Shown here: piece after piece, positions 51,143 through 61,595 of the stretch
Layout: each line of letters opens with the position of its first letter
How positions within the stretch are numbered: the first letter of the stretch is position 1
Assembly: GCA_039024555.1 (NCBI GenBank)
Contig: JBCCQQ010000028.1
Span: 10,798-74,797 of the forward strand
Reading direction: 5' to 3'
DNA: 64,000 bases
From: Cyanobacteria bacterium P01_D01_bin.156
GTDB taxonomy: Bacteria; Cyanobacteriota; Cyanobacteriia; Phormidesmidales; Phormidesmidaceae
Made by a program: the position numbers and the translations under genes
Notes under the pieces: generated by a model
Databases searched by the model: none
Told to the model about the DNA's origin: nothing
Seen by the model: only the letters and a program-made list of their open reading frames with translations

Positions 51143-52039
51143 ATGAGATATAAGCCTACTTGGATTGGAATTTTGGCTGGGTTGATGCTGACATCAGCAG
51201 GCTGCAGCAGTACAGCCAACACAGCAGCGATAAAAGGAACTCAGGGAACAATTACCCAGAATCCTACCCCCGATAATATTCAAGCTGCTCCAATCATTAG
51301 ATTGGTAGGAGCTAGTACCCCTTACCCAGCTATGCAGCTGTTGAGTAATACCTACGAATTAAAGGCCAACAATATACAAATAGCATTTTTGGATTCTAGT
51401 CAGTCAAGTGGTGGAATTGCTGCTGTTAAATCAGGATTAGCTGAAATTGGTACAGTAACCCGTCCCCCTAAACCTGAAGAATCAAGTCGTGATTTAAGCT
51501 ATCGAGAAATTGCTAAAGATGCTTTGCTAGTAGCGGTTCATCAGAGTGTAAAAGGGATTAATGACTTAACAACTCAAGATCTAAAAGCAATTTACAGTGG
51601 CCAGGTCACTAACTGGAAAGTCTTCGGTGGGCCTGATGCTGAAATCATTGTTTTAGATAGAGCAGAAGATACCTCAGCCAAACGATTGTTGCGTAAACAC
51701 TATCTAGGAGATAGTCTCAAAAATTCACCCAATTCCATTTTGCTGCGCCGTGAAGCAGATTTGGTAGAAGCACTTCAAAATACTCCTCATAGTATTGGCG
51801 TAGTCTCTTTGGCAAAAACTACTAGTGAAAACTTATCCGTCAATATCATTACGTTAGATGGTATTGCTCCCAATGCAGAGAACTTAAAGTCGAATCGATA
51901 CGTTATGCATAGAACGTTGGGGATTGTTTGGTACGGCACCCCCTCCAATACAAGTCAAGAATTTATAGACTTTATTTTGAGCGAAACAAGTTCGAATATC
52001 CTCAGTCAGTCAGGATTTGTTCCAAGTTTTACGGATTGA
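51143..52039 (+). CDS. PstS-like periplasmic binding lipoprotein (PBP2 family)
   Basis: Lipobox 'SAGC'; 'GASTPYP', 'SSGGIAAV', 'IYSGQVTNWKVFGGPD'; no adjacent permease. Confidence 0.8.
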   Translation: MRYKPTWIGILAGLMLTSAGCSSTANTAAIKGTQGTITQNPTPDNIQAAPIIRLVGASTPYPAMQLLSNTYELKANNIQIAFLDSSQSSGGIAAVKSGLAEIGTVTRPPKPEESSRDLSYREIAKDALLVAVHQSVKGINDLTTQDLKAIYSGQVTNWKVFGGPDAEIIVLDRAEDTSAKRLLRKHYLGDSLKNSPNSILLRREADLVEALQNTPHSIGVVSLAKTTSENLSVNIITLDGIAPNAENLKSNRYVMHRTLGIVWYGTPSNTSQEFIDFILSETSSNILSQSGFVPSFTD

Positions 52040-52102
52040 TACTGATGTAAACACAAAGAGTTCAATATTAAACGCTACTTGAACTGCTTGATGCTCTGAT
52101 CC

Positions 52103-54163
52103 ATGTCTATATACCGTTTTAAGGTTCCATCACAGAAGTTCTCTGGAATAGAACAGAGTGTTGATGATGTGATCGTCAACTTATTCAAACGCATTAGGGT
52201 AAAAACTATCGGCACTTTCCAGTTTTCGAACCTCAGCCTGGCAGGTAAAATTCTGATCCCAATGCTGTCCATTTTTCTGGGTATGTGGTCAGTGGGAACA
52301 GTTTCGGTAGGATACTTTGAAACTAGAAAACAAGAAGAAGCACTTAAAGCAGAAACTCAGAAGACAACTGTGCAAATTGTTAAGGAGATAGAATCTTCTC
52401 AAGAATTGCTAGGTTTTCAAGCAAAGTCAATTACGGACATTACGTTCTTAACAGAAATCGTAGCCAGTGGGGATCAAAAAGCATTACTGAAAGCCTTATT
52501 ACCGCTCAAATTAAGTTTTCACCTTGATTGGATTAAGATTATCGATCCAGAGGGTAAAGTACTTGCCGATTTGAGAAGTTCCGCCTTAGGTTCTGCTCGA
52601 CTGCACGATACACAGGTGATGTCGTTAGCTCAAAATGGTTTATTGGTAGATGGAGTGGTCATTGCTGAGAGCCCAGGCCCTCCTTTACTGATTAAGACAT
52701 TATCTATTACTTCAAAACAAGAAGATGTGGGCAGTATCTTAGTGGGACATGCTCTGACACCAAATGTACTAACAGATATGTTGGCCGCTGAACGACAACA
52801 ATTGATTGTCTTGCAGGGCAATAACGTCATTAGCTCCACATTACCAACAATAGATCCATCTGATTTAGCCGAGCAATCGCAGCGGGTTCAGCAAATTCAA
52901 TTAGATGGCATCTCCTATTTGAGTCGTGCAGTTGAACTGCCATGGCTTAACAGCGATGAATTTCAAATAATTGTGCTCACTCCGTTAGCACAATTTCATG
53001 CATCTCAGCGGCAGATGTGGTTGTTGGTTTATGGGATTGGCTTGCTCGGAGGTGGGTTGATCTCCATAACAGGATTATGGACAACTCGTTTAATTACCAA
53101 CCGCATTACTAAACTCACTGAAGCCACGCAAAAGCTAGCTGCAGATGACTTGTCTATTTCTATTCCAGTGGATGGCAATGATGAGGTGGCTGTTCTAGCT
53201 AAGAGTTTTAACTATATGACGGAACAGCTAAAGTACCGGGATGTGAAGATCAGGACGCAGGTGGAAGAACTAGAAGAGCTAGTTCAGCAACTACAACAAA
53301 TGCCTGAACAAGTTCATATGGAAAAAATGGCAGGGTTGGGGCAGATGGTGGCTGGGGTAGCCCATGAAATTAATAACCCAATTAGCTTTATCTATGGAAA
53401 TATTCCAGCAGCCAAAGAGTATTTTCAGGATTTAGTCGATTTGACAAAACTATATCAGAAACATTTGCCGTTACCTCCCAAAGAAATTCAGGATTTAGAG
53501 AAGACCATTGATATCGATTTTATAATTACAGATCTCTCCAAGGTCTTAGACTCTTTCACATCAGGGGCAGAACGTATCCGAGAAATTGTGTTAAGTCTTC
53601 GAACGTTTTCTCGTAAAGATGAAGCCATCATGAAAACCGTCAACTTACATGATGGTATAGATAGTACATTAGTTATTCTTCAACATCGGTTAAATGTCCA
53701 ACCCGATCGCCCAGCGATTACAGTTTTGAAAGATTATGGCTCTATACCACGCATACAGTGCTTTGCTGGCGAAATTAACCAGGTATTTATGAATCTACTT
53801 ACCAATGCTGTTGATGCTTTAGAGGAACATACAAAACAACAACGAACTGTAGTAAAGCATGACGAAGGTTCAGCACTGAAACCCCACATACGTATTCATA
53901 CAGAGGTGATCGCTAATCGTTGGATCAAAGTGAGCATTGCAGATAACGGAACTGGTATTCCGTCAGAAATTCAAACTAAATTATTTGAACCTTTCTTCAC
54001 AACTAAAGTCGTAGGAGAGGGGACGGGATTAGGTCTTTCCATTAGTTACCAGATTGTTGTCAAGAAACATAAAGGAAAAATATGGTGCAATTCTGAGATA
54101 GGCCAAGGGACAGAATTTGTGATCCAGCTTCCTCTGGAAAATGATAATGCCACAACACAATAA
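52103..54163 (+). CDS. Membrane sensor histidine kinase (periplasmic Cache-like domain, HAMP, HisKA, HATPase)
   Basis: Two TMs, HAMP 'DEVAVLAKSFNYM', H-box 'GVAHEINNP', N-box 'NLLTNAVDA', G-boxes 'DNGTGI' and 'GTGLGL'. Confidence 0.92.
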   Translation: MSIYRFKVPSQKFSGIEQSVDDVIVNLFKRIRVKTIGTFQFSNLSLAGKILIPMLSIFLGMWSVGTVSVGYFETRKQEEALKAETQKTTVQIVKEIESSQELLGFQAKSITDITFLTEIVASGDQKALLKALLPLKLSFHLDWIKIIDPEGKVLADLRSSALGSARLHDTQVMSLAQNGLLVDGVVIAESPGPPLLIKTLSITSKQEDVGSILVGHALTPNVLTDMLAAERQQLIVLQGNNVISSTLPTIDPSDLAEQSQRVQQIQLDGISYLSRAVELPWLNSDEFQIIVLTPLAQFHASQRQMWLLVYGIGLLGGGLISITGLWTTRLITNRITKLTEATQKLAADDLSISIPVDGNDEVAVLAKSFNYMTEQLKYRDVKIRTQVEELEELVQQLQQMPEQVHMEKMAGLGQMVAGVAHEINNPISFIYGNIPAAKEYFQDLVDLTKLYQKHLPLPPKEIQDLEKTIDIDFIITDLSKVLDSFTSGAERIREIVLSLRTFSRKDEAIMKTVNLHDGIDSTLVILQHRLNVQPDRPAITVLKDYGSIPRIQCFAGEINQVFMNLLTNAVDALEEHTKQQRTVVKHDEGSALKPHIRIHTEVIANRWIKVSIADNGTGIPSEIQTKLFEPFFTTKVVGEGTGLGLSISYQIVVKKHKGKIWCNSEIGQGTEFVIQLPLENDNATTQ

Positions 54164-54306
54164 AATATGAAAGCCCTTTAGCTAGAGAAACTTCGCTGTA
54201 AGCGTTGGGTAACCGTATTGGTGGTCTCTGCTGATATGCATCTCAAGTTCTGATTATGTTAGAACGATAGAATAGCAGTTCATATCATCAGGACTACTGT
54301 AATTCA

Positions 54307-54687
54307 ATGAAAGGCAAATCATTTTTTGGTATTCTAGGTCTAGCAATGTTAGCTACGGTGCTAATCGCCACAAACCCCAACCACGACAAATACAATACAT
54401 TTGCCGCAGATACTTTACAGAACGAAGCAAATTCAGCTTTTTGTCAGGCAAAGGAGCTAGGTAACTGGCTAGGAGACCTTGGAAAAGCCTTAGGAGACGT
54501 CTGTGAAACTGCCATTGAGCAAGGTAACCTTATTGGCCAAGAAGACTTAGAAGACTTTATCGAAGACAATACCCAGCGCCAAAATTTTGTATTATTCAGC
54601 CTATACACAACAGAAATACCCGCTGTTCGCGTTAGAACTCTTGGCATTTTCAATCGATTTATCCCCATTCAACAAACAGTAGGGTAA
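54307..54687 (+). CDS. DUF4359-like protein
   Basis: 'LIATNP..DKY', 'NTQRQNFVLFSLYTT', 'TLGIFNRF'. Confidence 0.75.
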   Translation: MKGKSFFGILGLAMLATVLIATNPNHDKYNTFAADTLQNEANSAFCQAKELGNWLGDLGKALGDVCETAIEQGNLIGQEDLEDFIEDNTQRQNFVLFSLYTTEIPAVRVRTLGIFNRFIPIQQTVG

Positions 54688-54691
54688 ACCA

Positions 54692-55855
54692 ATGACAGCG
54701 CCTATTTACCTTGACTACCATGCAACAACTCCCGTAGATCAGCGAGTAGTTGAGGCAATGATGCCATTTTTTACAGAGCACTTTGGTAACCCCAGCAGCC
54801 TGCATCAGTACGGATGGAATGCAAATACTGCTGTCAAAAAAAGCCGTGAGGTTCTTGCTCAAGCAATTAATGCTCAACCTGAGGAAATCATTTTTACCAG
54901 TGGTGCTACTGAAGCTAACAACCTAGCAATCAAAGGAGTCGCAGAAGCATACTTTGACCACGGAAAACACATCATCACCGTGCAAACTGAACACAGTGCT
55001 GTCCTAGATCCATGTCGTTACCTAGAATCTCTTGGATTTGAGGTCACCTATCTGCCAGTGGAATCGGATGGGCTCTTGAACCTGAATACCTTGGAAAAGG
55101 CAATTCGACCAGATACCATTATGGTTTCTGTCATGACAGCCAACAATGAGATTGGTGTTCTACAGCCCATCAAAGAGATTGGTGCACTATGCCAAGAGAG
55201 GGAGATTATATTTCACACCGATGCAGCCCAGGCTATCGGTAAAGTGCCAGTGGATGTTCAATCGATGAATATCCACTTAATGTCCATGACAGCCCATAAA
55301 ATCTATGGACCCAAGGGTATTGGTGCTCTCTATGTGCGACGGCGACAACCGCGGGTCAATTTAGCCGCTCAGCTTCACGGCGGCAGTCATGAGAGAGGTT
55401 TACGTTCAGGGACCCTATATCCTCCACAGATTGTTGGCTTTGCCAAAGCTGTAGAACTTGCACTCACAGAGATAGATGCTGAAAAAGAACGCCTGCAGGG
55501 ATTACGCTTGCAACTGCTCAACTACCTCACACAATTACCTGATATCCACCTGAACGGTCACCCTACACAACGGCTTCCTGGGAACCTCAACATCAGTATT
55601 TCAGGAGTAGAGGCCCAAGCCTTACTTTTAGGGTTACAGCCTACCGTTGCCCTATCCTCAGGCTCGGCCTGTAGTTCCGCCAGCACAGCACCATCCCATG
55701 TGCTCAAGACCTTAGGCCATAGCGACCAGCTAGCCTATGCTTCTCTACGCTTTGGGCTTGGTCGTTTTACCACTGCTGAGGAAATTCACCAGGTAGGCCA
55801 AGCTATTGTTGAAACTGTAAAGACTCTAAGACTAGCAAAATACTTGCCAGCGTAG
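54692..55855 (+). CDS. iscS: Cysteine desulfurase (IscS/NifS family)
   Basis: 'IYLDYHATTP', 'FTSGATEANN', 'HTDAAQ', PLP Lys in 'AHKIYGPKG', 'SSGSACSS'. Confidence 0.92.
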   Translation: MTAPIYLDYHATTPVDQRVVEAMMPFFTEHFGNPSSLHQYGWNANTAVKKSREVLAQAINAQPEEIIFTSGATEANNLAIKGVAEAYFDHGKHIITVQTEHSAVLDPCRYLESLGFEVTYLPVESDGLLNLNTLEKAIRPDTIMVSVMTANNEIGVLQPIKEIGALCQEREIIFHTDAAQAIGKVPVDVQSMNIHLMSMTAHKIYGPKGIGALYVRRRQPRVNLAAQLHGGSHERGLRSGTLYPPQIVGFAKAVELALTEIDAEKERLQGLRLQLLNYLTQLPDIHLNGHPTQRLPGNLNISISGVEAQALLLGLQPTVALSSGSACSSASTAPSHVLKTLGHSDQLAYASLRFGLGRFTTAEEIHQVGQAIVETVKTLRLAKYLPA

Positions 55856-55894
55856 CCTCACTACTCCACCGTTCAACCCAAAAAGTCAGAATAT

Positions 55895-56467
55895 TTATTG
55901 GCCCATCTGACGCTTTAGTTCGTCAAGCTCTGCCTCCGTTTCCCAACGCTGAAAGCTTTCTTCTAAAGGATCTAAAGGCTGAGAAGAGCTAAATGGACTA
56001 CGATGCCAGCCAGCAGTACTGGAGTCCGGCGGCGGCTGTGATGCCGCGGCTGACTGAGCAGTTGCCATCTTAGCCTTGAGCTCTTGACGTTTTACATGAA
56101 TACGCTGGCGCAGCTGCTTAGTTTCCTCTAAGCGCGCCTTGACGCTCTTCATTTGTCCCCACAAATGATTTCCCTGCCGCAGGAGCGTAGCTTCTCTTTC
56201 TTTGGCAGGCTTAACCAGATCTAGGCGTTGGGCGGCCTCTGCCTTAGCAATTCGCTCATGCCAACGTTTGATATCTTTAGCGGTATCTAGCACCGCCGTT
56301 TCTAACTCAGTTTCACGCCGTTTTAAGGTTGCTAGAGCTGCGATCGCATCTTCCTCCTGGCCCCGCAGCTGTTCCTCAAGAGCCATCATCTCCAAATGGG
56401 GATGTGCCTTCAGAAACTCATCCAAACGCGTCTCTAGAAAATGACTAAAATCGTCAAAAATACTCAT
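55895..56467 (-). CDS. TIGR04376-like PspA-related coiled-coil protein
   Basis: 'MSIFDDFSHFLETRLDEFL..HPHLE', 'DPLEESFQRWETEAELDELKR'. Confidence 0.8.
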   Translation of the reverse strand: MSIFDDFSHFLETRLDEFLKAHPHLEMMALEEQLRGQEEDAIAALATLKRRETELETAVLDTAKDIKRWHERIAKAEAAQRLDLVKPAKEREATLLRQGNHLWGQMKSVKARLEETKQLRQRIHVKRQELKAKMATAQSAAASQPPPDSSTAGWHRSPFSSSQPLDPLEESFQRWETEAELDELKRQMGQ

Positions 56468-56470
56468 TGG

Positions 56471-57493
56471 TTAGAATTTTTGACCAATATAGATCGAGCG
56501 CACCTCGCCATTACGACGAACAACAACTTCTTCATTCTCAATAGAAACGATACTCCAACCACTGGCACCAATCGTTTCACCAATGTAAATACGTTGAGAA
56601 GTACCGTTGACGTCAAACAAAGCCGCCGAACGATCCCCCAATTCAAGTACACCTACTAGCTCATAGGTATTGACCGCAGCGATATTAGGTACTGGAGCTG
56701 CTGCAGTCGTCGTCGTACCTGAATCAGCATTCGTTGTATTGGGAGCCGGTAGCGTAGCAGCAGGCGTTTGATCAGTCGTACGAGCTCCCGGCTGCAATAA
56801 GGGTACAAATACCCGCTCAATTACGCCTGGGCGTCCCGTTGGCTGCTGAGTTGTCGATGTTGTAGGGGACGTAGCAACAACGCTAGGGCTTTGACTCTCA
56901 GTCTGGGCAGCACGCTCACCGCTAATGATGCGCAAAGAGCGCTGAAGATATTCGCCAAAAGCACCTTCTGCAGAAACAGCGGGTGTTGTAGCTGGCACGA
57001 CAGATGGAGCAGGGGCCACAGGCTGCAAGACAAATTTCTGCTGACGCATTCCCCAAAAGCCTAGAGCGGCTAACGCCGATAACGCGGCTACCCCTAAGAC
57101 AACCTTACGCCAAGATCGGCGTTGACTACTGTGACTGTTTGTCTGAGGAGCGTCTGCTTGAGCTCCCTTCCTAGTTTTCGGCACTTCCACCGAAGATTCA
57201 GCAGCATCGGCTTTCACAGCCTGCTCGGTCAGCACTGGCACAATCATCGCAGGGACTGTTACCGCTTCTGCCTGAAATACCGACGAAGTCGCTGGCTCTA
57301 ACGTTTCTGCAAAAATCGCATCATCATCTCCCGCCAAGATGCGATCTACATCTTCAAAGATTTCATCCATCAAATCTTCAGCATACGTGTCGACCAGAGT
57401 GTCAGCGTCTGGAGAAGCACCTGTACGGGTAGATGCCATGGCCTTGAACTGTCTAGATTGACTCATAACTTGATATACATGATTTGATAGCAA
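56471..57493 (-). CDS. Bitopic membrane protein with C-terminal beta domain (PilP/GspC-like)
   Basis: Central TM, Pro/Thr linker, 'ELVGVLELGDRSAALF...IGETIGASGW...RSIYIGQKF'. Confidence 0.65.
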   Translation of the reverse strand: MLSNHVYQVMSQSRQFKAMASTRTGASPDADTLVDTYAEDLMDEIFEDVDRILAGDDDAIFAETLEPATSSVFQAEAVTVPAMIVPVLTEQAVKADAAESSVEVPKTRKGAQADAPQTNSHSSQRRSWRKVVLGVAALSALAALGFWGMRQQKFVLQPVAPAPSVVPATTPAVSAEGAFGEYLQRSLRIISGERAAQTESQSPSVVATSPTTSTTQQPTGRPGVIERVFVPLLQPGARTTDQTPAATLPAPNTTNADSGTTTTAAAPVPNIAAVNTYELVGVLELGDRSAALFDVNGTSQRIYIGETIGASGWSIVSIENEEVVVRRNGEVRSIYIGQKF

Positions 57494-57647
57494 CGACTAT
57501 GGACAGGCACACGATAGCGTATTTTCCATAAACCAATAGAAGCTGCCTAGAAAGTTAGCAGAATATACCGCAAACTGACCAGAAAAATCTAAACCTTATA
57601 TAGTTTTTAAGCGTTCTTATGCGTCGGAAAACTGATTTTGATAGCTG

Positions 57648-58946
57648 CTAAGCCAACGTATGGGAAATATCAAGATGCCCAAACGTTAAACTCAAGGCAA
57701 GATTCAACGTCTCCAAAATTTTCACCAGCCAGGCAACTGAATCCTGCTTAGCCAGCTCATAATGACCAAATAATGCCGATAGACGTCGCTCTAGATAAGG
57801 CTTCACTTTACGGCACAATAGTAAAATTCTGAGCAGCAACCCGGTGGTTAAGGTAGCGCCCAGATTATTGATTAGATCGATAAAGACAAAGTGAGAACGT
57901 GAGCCAGCCGGATCAACAACCAAAAAGTTAAACAGATGAGAGCACGTACGCACCATCAAAAAGTCGTTGAGGTGTTGGCTATCATTTTCGGGATAGAGTT
58001 CAACCAAATGCTGGTGCAAAGCGTTATTAAAGTGCTGACGCCCATAGGCAGGATCTACACCCAGCAACAGATATTCGTACAAGCTATCCTTAAACGACTT
58101 AAAAGTGACAGAGTCACAGCATTGACTCTGGAATAGCAAGGCTAGGTCTTTGTAGGTGCGTCCATTACGATCTCGACCAGAAAACTGCTGTAAAGAATCA
58201 ACTAGCTCGCGATCGCTTAATAAAGTTGGATTTTGAGCGGGACGTAACCACTGCTCTTGCTCCTCAAGCAAGCCCTGACGCTTCAGGCGAGAACGGCGTA
58301 CCCGGTAATTAACATACTGAGACAAATCCAACTCAACTTTTTTCTGCGCCTGCTGCTGCATGCGACGGACGTGGGTTTTCTGCTCCCTAGGACTTTCATC
58401 ACTGAGCAAACAATGCTCATAAAGGTAGGGGTATCGCCCCAGCAACGTACCAAGAGGCTGACGAGAACGCGACTCCGAACCACCAGATTCATCCATCGCC
58501 TGTACAAGGCGCTTGAGCATCAGGTACTGCTCAGTCCTCTTGAACTGAGGAACAATATCACGCAGGCGACGCACCGAACGAGCTCGTGAAACTTCACGAA
58601 CTCCGTAGCTTGGATAATAGTCAAATAGGTCAACCAGTTCACCTATCGCTGCCTGACTATCCCGGTTCTTTTGCCAACGGTTAATCAAAATATGGCAGCA
58701 ACGGTTCAGAATGTGGTGAAAATACATATCCACCTGACCATCCTGCAAAATCTTGTCAAGGCTATTCACGACCTCTCTATTGTCATAGCCCGTACCGTCA
58801 ATGAATAATCGATTGAAGCGCTGAACTATCACATCGGGCTGTTCATGATTAACACAATCGAGCCAGTGATCATAAATCACTTGCTCTTGTGGACTGACTG
58901 ATCGCGTACTGTAATTGGGCCGCGAATGGCTTGATGACACGTTCAC
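57648..58946 (-). CDS. Conserved cyanobacterial hypothetical protein divergent from murF
   Basis: 432 aa; 'ILNRCCHILINRW', 'RYPYLYEHCLL', 'NPTLLSD', 'KPYLERR'. Confidence 0.75.
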   Translation of the reverse strand: MNVSSSHSRPNYSTRSVSPQEQVIYDHWLDCVNHEQPDVIVQRFNRLFIDGTGYDNREVVNSLDKILQDGQVDMYFHHILNRCCHILINRWQKNRDSQAAIGELVDLFDYYPSYGVREVSRARSVRRLRDIVPQFKRTEQYLMLKRLVQAMDESGGSESRSRQPLGTLLGRYPYLYEHCLLSDESPREQKTHVRRMQQQAQKKVELDLSQYVNYRVRRSRLKRQGLLEEQEQWLRPAQNPTLLSDRELVDSLQQFSGRDRNGRTYKDLALLFQSQCCDSVTFKSFKDSLYEYLLLGVDPAYGRQHFNNALHQHLVELYPENDSQHLNDFLMVRTCSHLFNFLVVDPAGSRSHFVFIDLINNLGATLTTGLLLRILLLCRKVKPYLERRLSALFGHYELAKQDSVAWLVKILETLNLALSLTFGHLDISHTLA

Positions 58947-59342
58947 CAGTGAAACCTCAGCAAATACACCTTATGACACGACACATTAGTACAGGGAAAA
59001 CTGACGCCAACCGTTCTCGTCAAGTTTACTAAGTTTAACTGCCCAAGTTCACTGAAAACAGCCGAAAATTATATGAAAAACTATATTTTTTTCAAAAATA
59101 TTCAGGTCAGAAAGAATTTATTAAATGGTCAAACTTAGAGGGTCAAAGGTTCAACAAAAATCTTATAAATCAACGGGGCAGGTAGATGCCTAGCAAGCAT
59201 GCAAACTCACTAAGTTGATTCAAAATAGCATCCCTCAGACTCTGTAACAGTAATGTGATACACATCCAAAATATGTCTACCTAGTGTAGCCCACATATAT
59301 TTTCGGATAGGATGCGATTACGCCCCTATCTGCTAAAGCTTG

Positions 59343-59358
59343 TGTGAATTCACTCACG
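59343..59358. promoter_or_regulatory. CRP (SYCRP1)-like site upstream of murF
   Basis: TGTGA-ATTCAC-TCACG, one mismatch to TGTGA-N6-TCACA, 80 bp before the murF start. Confidence 0.5.
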
Positions 59359-59438
59359 TGTCTTCATTAAGCCTATATACACATACTGAGGTGATGTGCA
59401 GTTAGCGGTCCTCCCGCATTTATTCTTTCAAGAAAGCT

Positions 59439-60788
59439 ATGTCCAGCCTTGCTTCTGTTTCTCAGGTATTGACTGCCCTCAGTAACGACTCAATAATACA
59501 CACGCTTCACCCCCATCACCTGGAGCAGACGGTAAGACGTATCAATACCGACACCCGTACTATTGAACCTCAGGATATTTTTTTAGCTTTAGAAGGAGAG
59601 CGGTTTGATGGCCATCAATTTGTTCGTCAAGCCCTGGAAAAAGGTGCGATCGCAGCTATCACCCGCAAAGGAATCATCACTGGAAACAGTCCCCGCATCG
59701 AAGTCACAGATACTTTGAAAGCTTACCAAACCCTAGGCCGCTGGTGGCGACGACATCTCGGCTTACCTATTGTGGCGATCACCGGTTCCGTTGGCAAAAC
59801 CACAACTAAGGAACTGATCTCAGCCGCCCTCAGCCTTCATGGAGCCGTCCATAAAACCCGTGCCAACTTTAACAATGAGATTGGGGTCCCAAAAACCTTG
59901 CTCGAAATCACCCATAACCATCACTATGGTGTTGTGGAAATGGGCATGCGCGGCCCTGGAGAAATTGCATTACTGACCCAAACTGCCCAGCCCAACGTTG
60001 GCGTGATCACGAATGTAGGCACAGCTCATATTGGTCGATTGGGGTCTGAACAGGCCATTGCCAATGCAAAATGTGAGCTGTTGGCAAATCTGCCAGCCGA
60101 TGGGGTCGCTGTTCTAAATCAGGATAATGCTCGGCTGATGGATACTGCTGCTAGGGTCTGGTCCGGCAAAACCATCACCTACGGCCTTACCGGCGGCACT
60201 GTCCACGGACATATGGACGAGCAAACAGTCATGGTCGATGGGGTCGCTCTACCGCTACCCCTAGAAGGTGAGCACAATGCACTGAACTACCTGAGTGCGA
60301 TCGCAACACTACAAGCCCTCAACCTTGACTGGCATCCATTATCGAAGGGATTAACCGTTGAGCTACCAGCGGGGCGAGCCAAACGCCATGAACTTGCTAA
60401 CGACATTGTGCTATTGGATGAAACCTACAATGCCGGGGCTGAATCCATGGCAGCAGCCCTGAGATTGCTTAAAGCACAATCTGGTCAGCGTTATATTGCC
60501 GTCCTTGGCACCATGAAAGAACTAGGCCATAAGTCTGTGGAACTACACCGCCAAGTGGGTCAGTTAGTGCAAACCTTAGGAATAGATCAGCTACTAATTC
60601 TAGCCGACCCTACCGAAGCGGAAGCCCTGGCAGAAGGGGCGGGCACGATTCCTAGTCAGCAATTTGCAACTCACGATGAGCTAGCCCAGTACCTCAAACA
60701 AGGTATTCAAACGGGAGATCGCATCCTATTTAAAGCCTCTCGATCAGTAGAAATGGATAAGGCTATTGAGCCACTGCTACCTAGCTAG
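59439..60788 (+). CDS. murF: UDP-N-acetylmuramoyl-tripeptide--D-Ala-D-Ala ligase
   Basis: 'GERFDGH', 'AITGSVGKTTTKE', 'NFNNEIG', 'EMGM', 'DETYNA', 'KASR'. Confidence 0.96.
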   Translation: MSSLASVSQVLTALSNDSIIHTLHPHHLEQTVRRINTDTRTIEPQDIFLALEGERFDGHQFVRQALEKGAIAAITRKGIITGNSPRIEVTDTLKAYQTLGRWWRRHLGLPIVAITGSVGKTTTKELISAALSLHGAVHKTRANFNNEIGVPKTLLEITHNHHYGVVEMGMRGPGEIALLTQTAQPNVGVITNVGTAHIGRLGSEQAIANAKCELLANLPADGVAVLNQDNARLMDTAARVWSGKTITYGLTGGTVHGHMDEQTVMVDGVALPLPLEGEHNALNYLSAIATLQALNLDWHPLSKGLTVELPAGRAKRHELANDIVLLDETYNAGAESMAAALRLLKAQSGQRYIAVLGTMKELGHKSVELHRQVGQLVQTLGIDQLLILADPTEAEALAEGAGTIPSQQFATHDELAQYLKQGIQTGDRILFKASRSVEMDKAIEPLLPS

Positions 60789-61000
60789 ACAACTACGTAA
60801 GCCAGCGTCAGCGATTCAAAAATAGAGGAGCTAAGCATATGGACCTGCTTGTCGTCTGCACTTTTGAGCAGGATTTACTGCGATGCAAACCGCACCAAGC
60901 CTTTCACACGGTCCTCAGCATACAAGGTATCTGCTCATTAAATCGGCCATAGCGAACAAAGCGTTTGCTATACAATAAAAAGTCTGACATTTCACCAAGT

Positions 61001-61525
61001 TTGGTTTTGGCGCTTACCCTGACCGAGGCACACATTGAGCGCATGGAGGCCCATGCCTCACAGGCATACCCCTACGAAGGGTGTGGGTTGATGGTGGGCA
61101 CTTTTGACCCGGTGACCGAAGAAAAAACTTTAATTGAGGTAGTGTTGCTGGCTAATGCCTGGACTGACAATGTAGCGACTGATTTCTCAGACCTTGGCCA
61201 GCAGAACGGTGTTTCAATGACTAAAGCCCGTCGCTACTGGATCGATCCCAAAGATTTACTAGCAACCCAGCGCCAAGCCCGTGAGAATGGGCTGAGTATT
61301 ATCGGTGTGTACCATTCCCATCCCGATGCAGTCGCAATGCCATCGGCATGCGATCGCGAGCTCGCCTGGTCCACTTACTCTTACATAATTGTTTCTGTCC
61401 GTAATGGTACTACTGTTGATCTGCAAAACTGGCAGCTGGACAGCAATCAACAATTTCAGCCTGAACCCATGAAAATCGTGCCAGCATCTGCGGCAAGGGA
61501 TCGAATGCCGCTTTTGTCGTCCTGA
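61001..61525 (+). CDS. JAMM/MPN+ (M67) metallopeptidase, sulfur-carrier processing type
   Basis: 'YPYEGCG' and 'YHSHPDAVAMPSACD' (E...HxH-x7-S-x2-D); next to moeB. Start codon uncertain. Confidence 0.88.
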   Translation: MVLALTLTEAHIERMEAHASQAYPYEGCGLMVGTFDPVTEEKTLIEVVLLANAWTDNVATDFSDLGQQNGVSMTKARRYWIDPKDLLATQRQARENGLSIIGVYHSHPDAVAMPSACDRELAWSTYSYIIVSVRNGTTVDLQNWQLDSNQQFQPEPMKIVPASAARDRMPLLSS

Positions 61526-61595
61526 ACAAAAACCCCTGCTCTTCGCAGAGGTAAAATACCCCCTTTCCCACTTCCCCTCTGTTCTTTAAGGAACC

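Noticed and set aside
48769..54300. Intact integrative element or prophage at tRNA-Gly
   Set aside because: No integrase, phage genes or att direct repeat visible; kept only as a possible island remnant.
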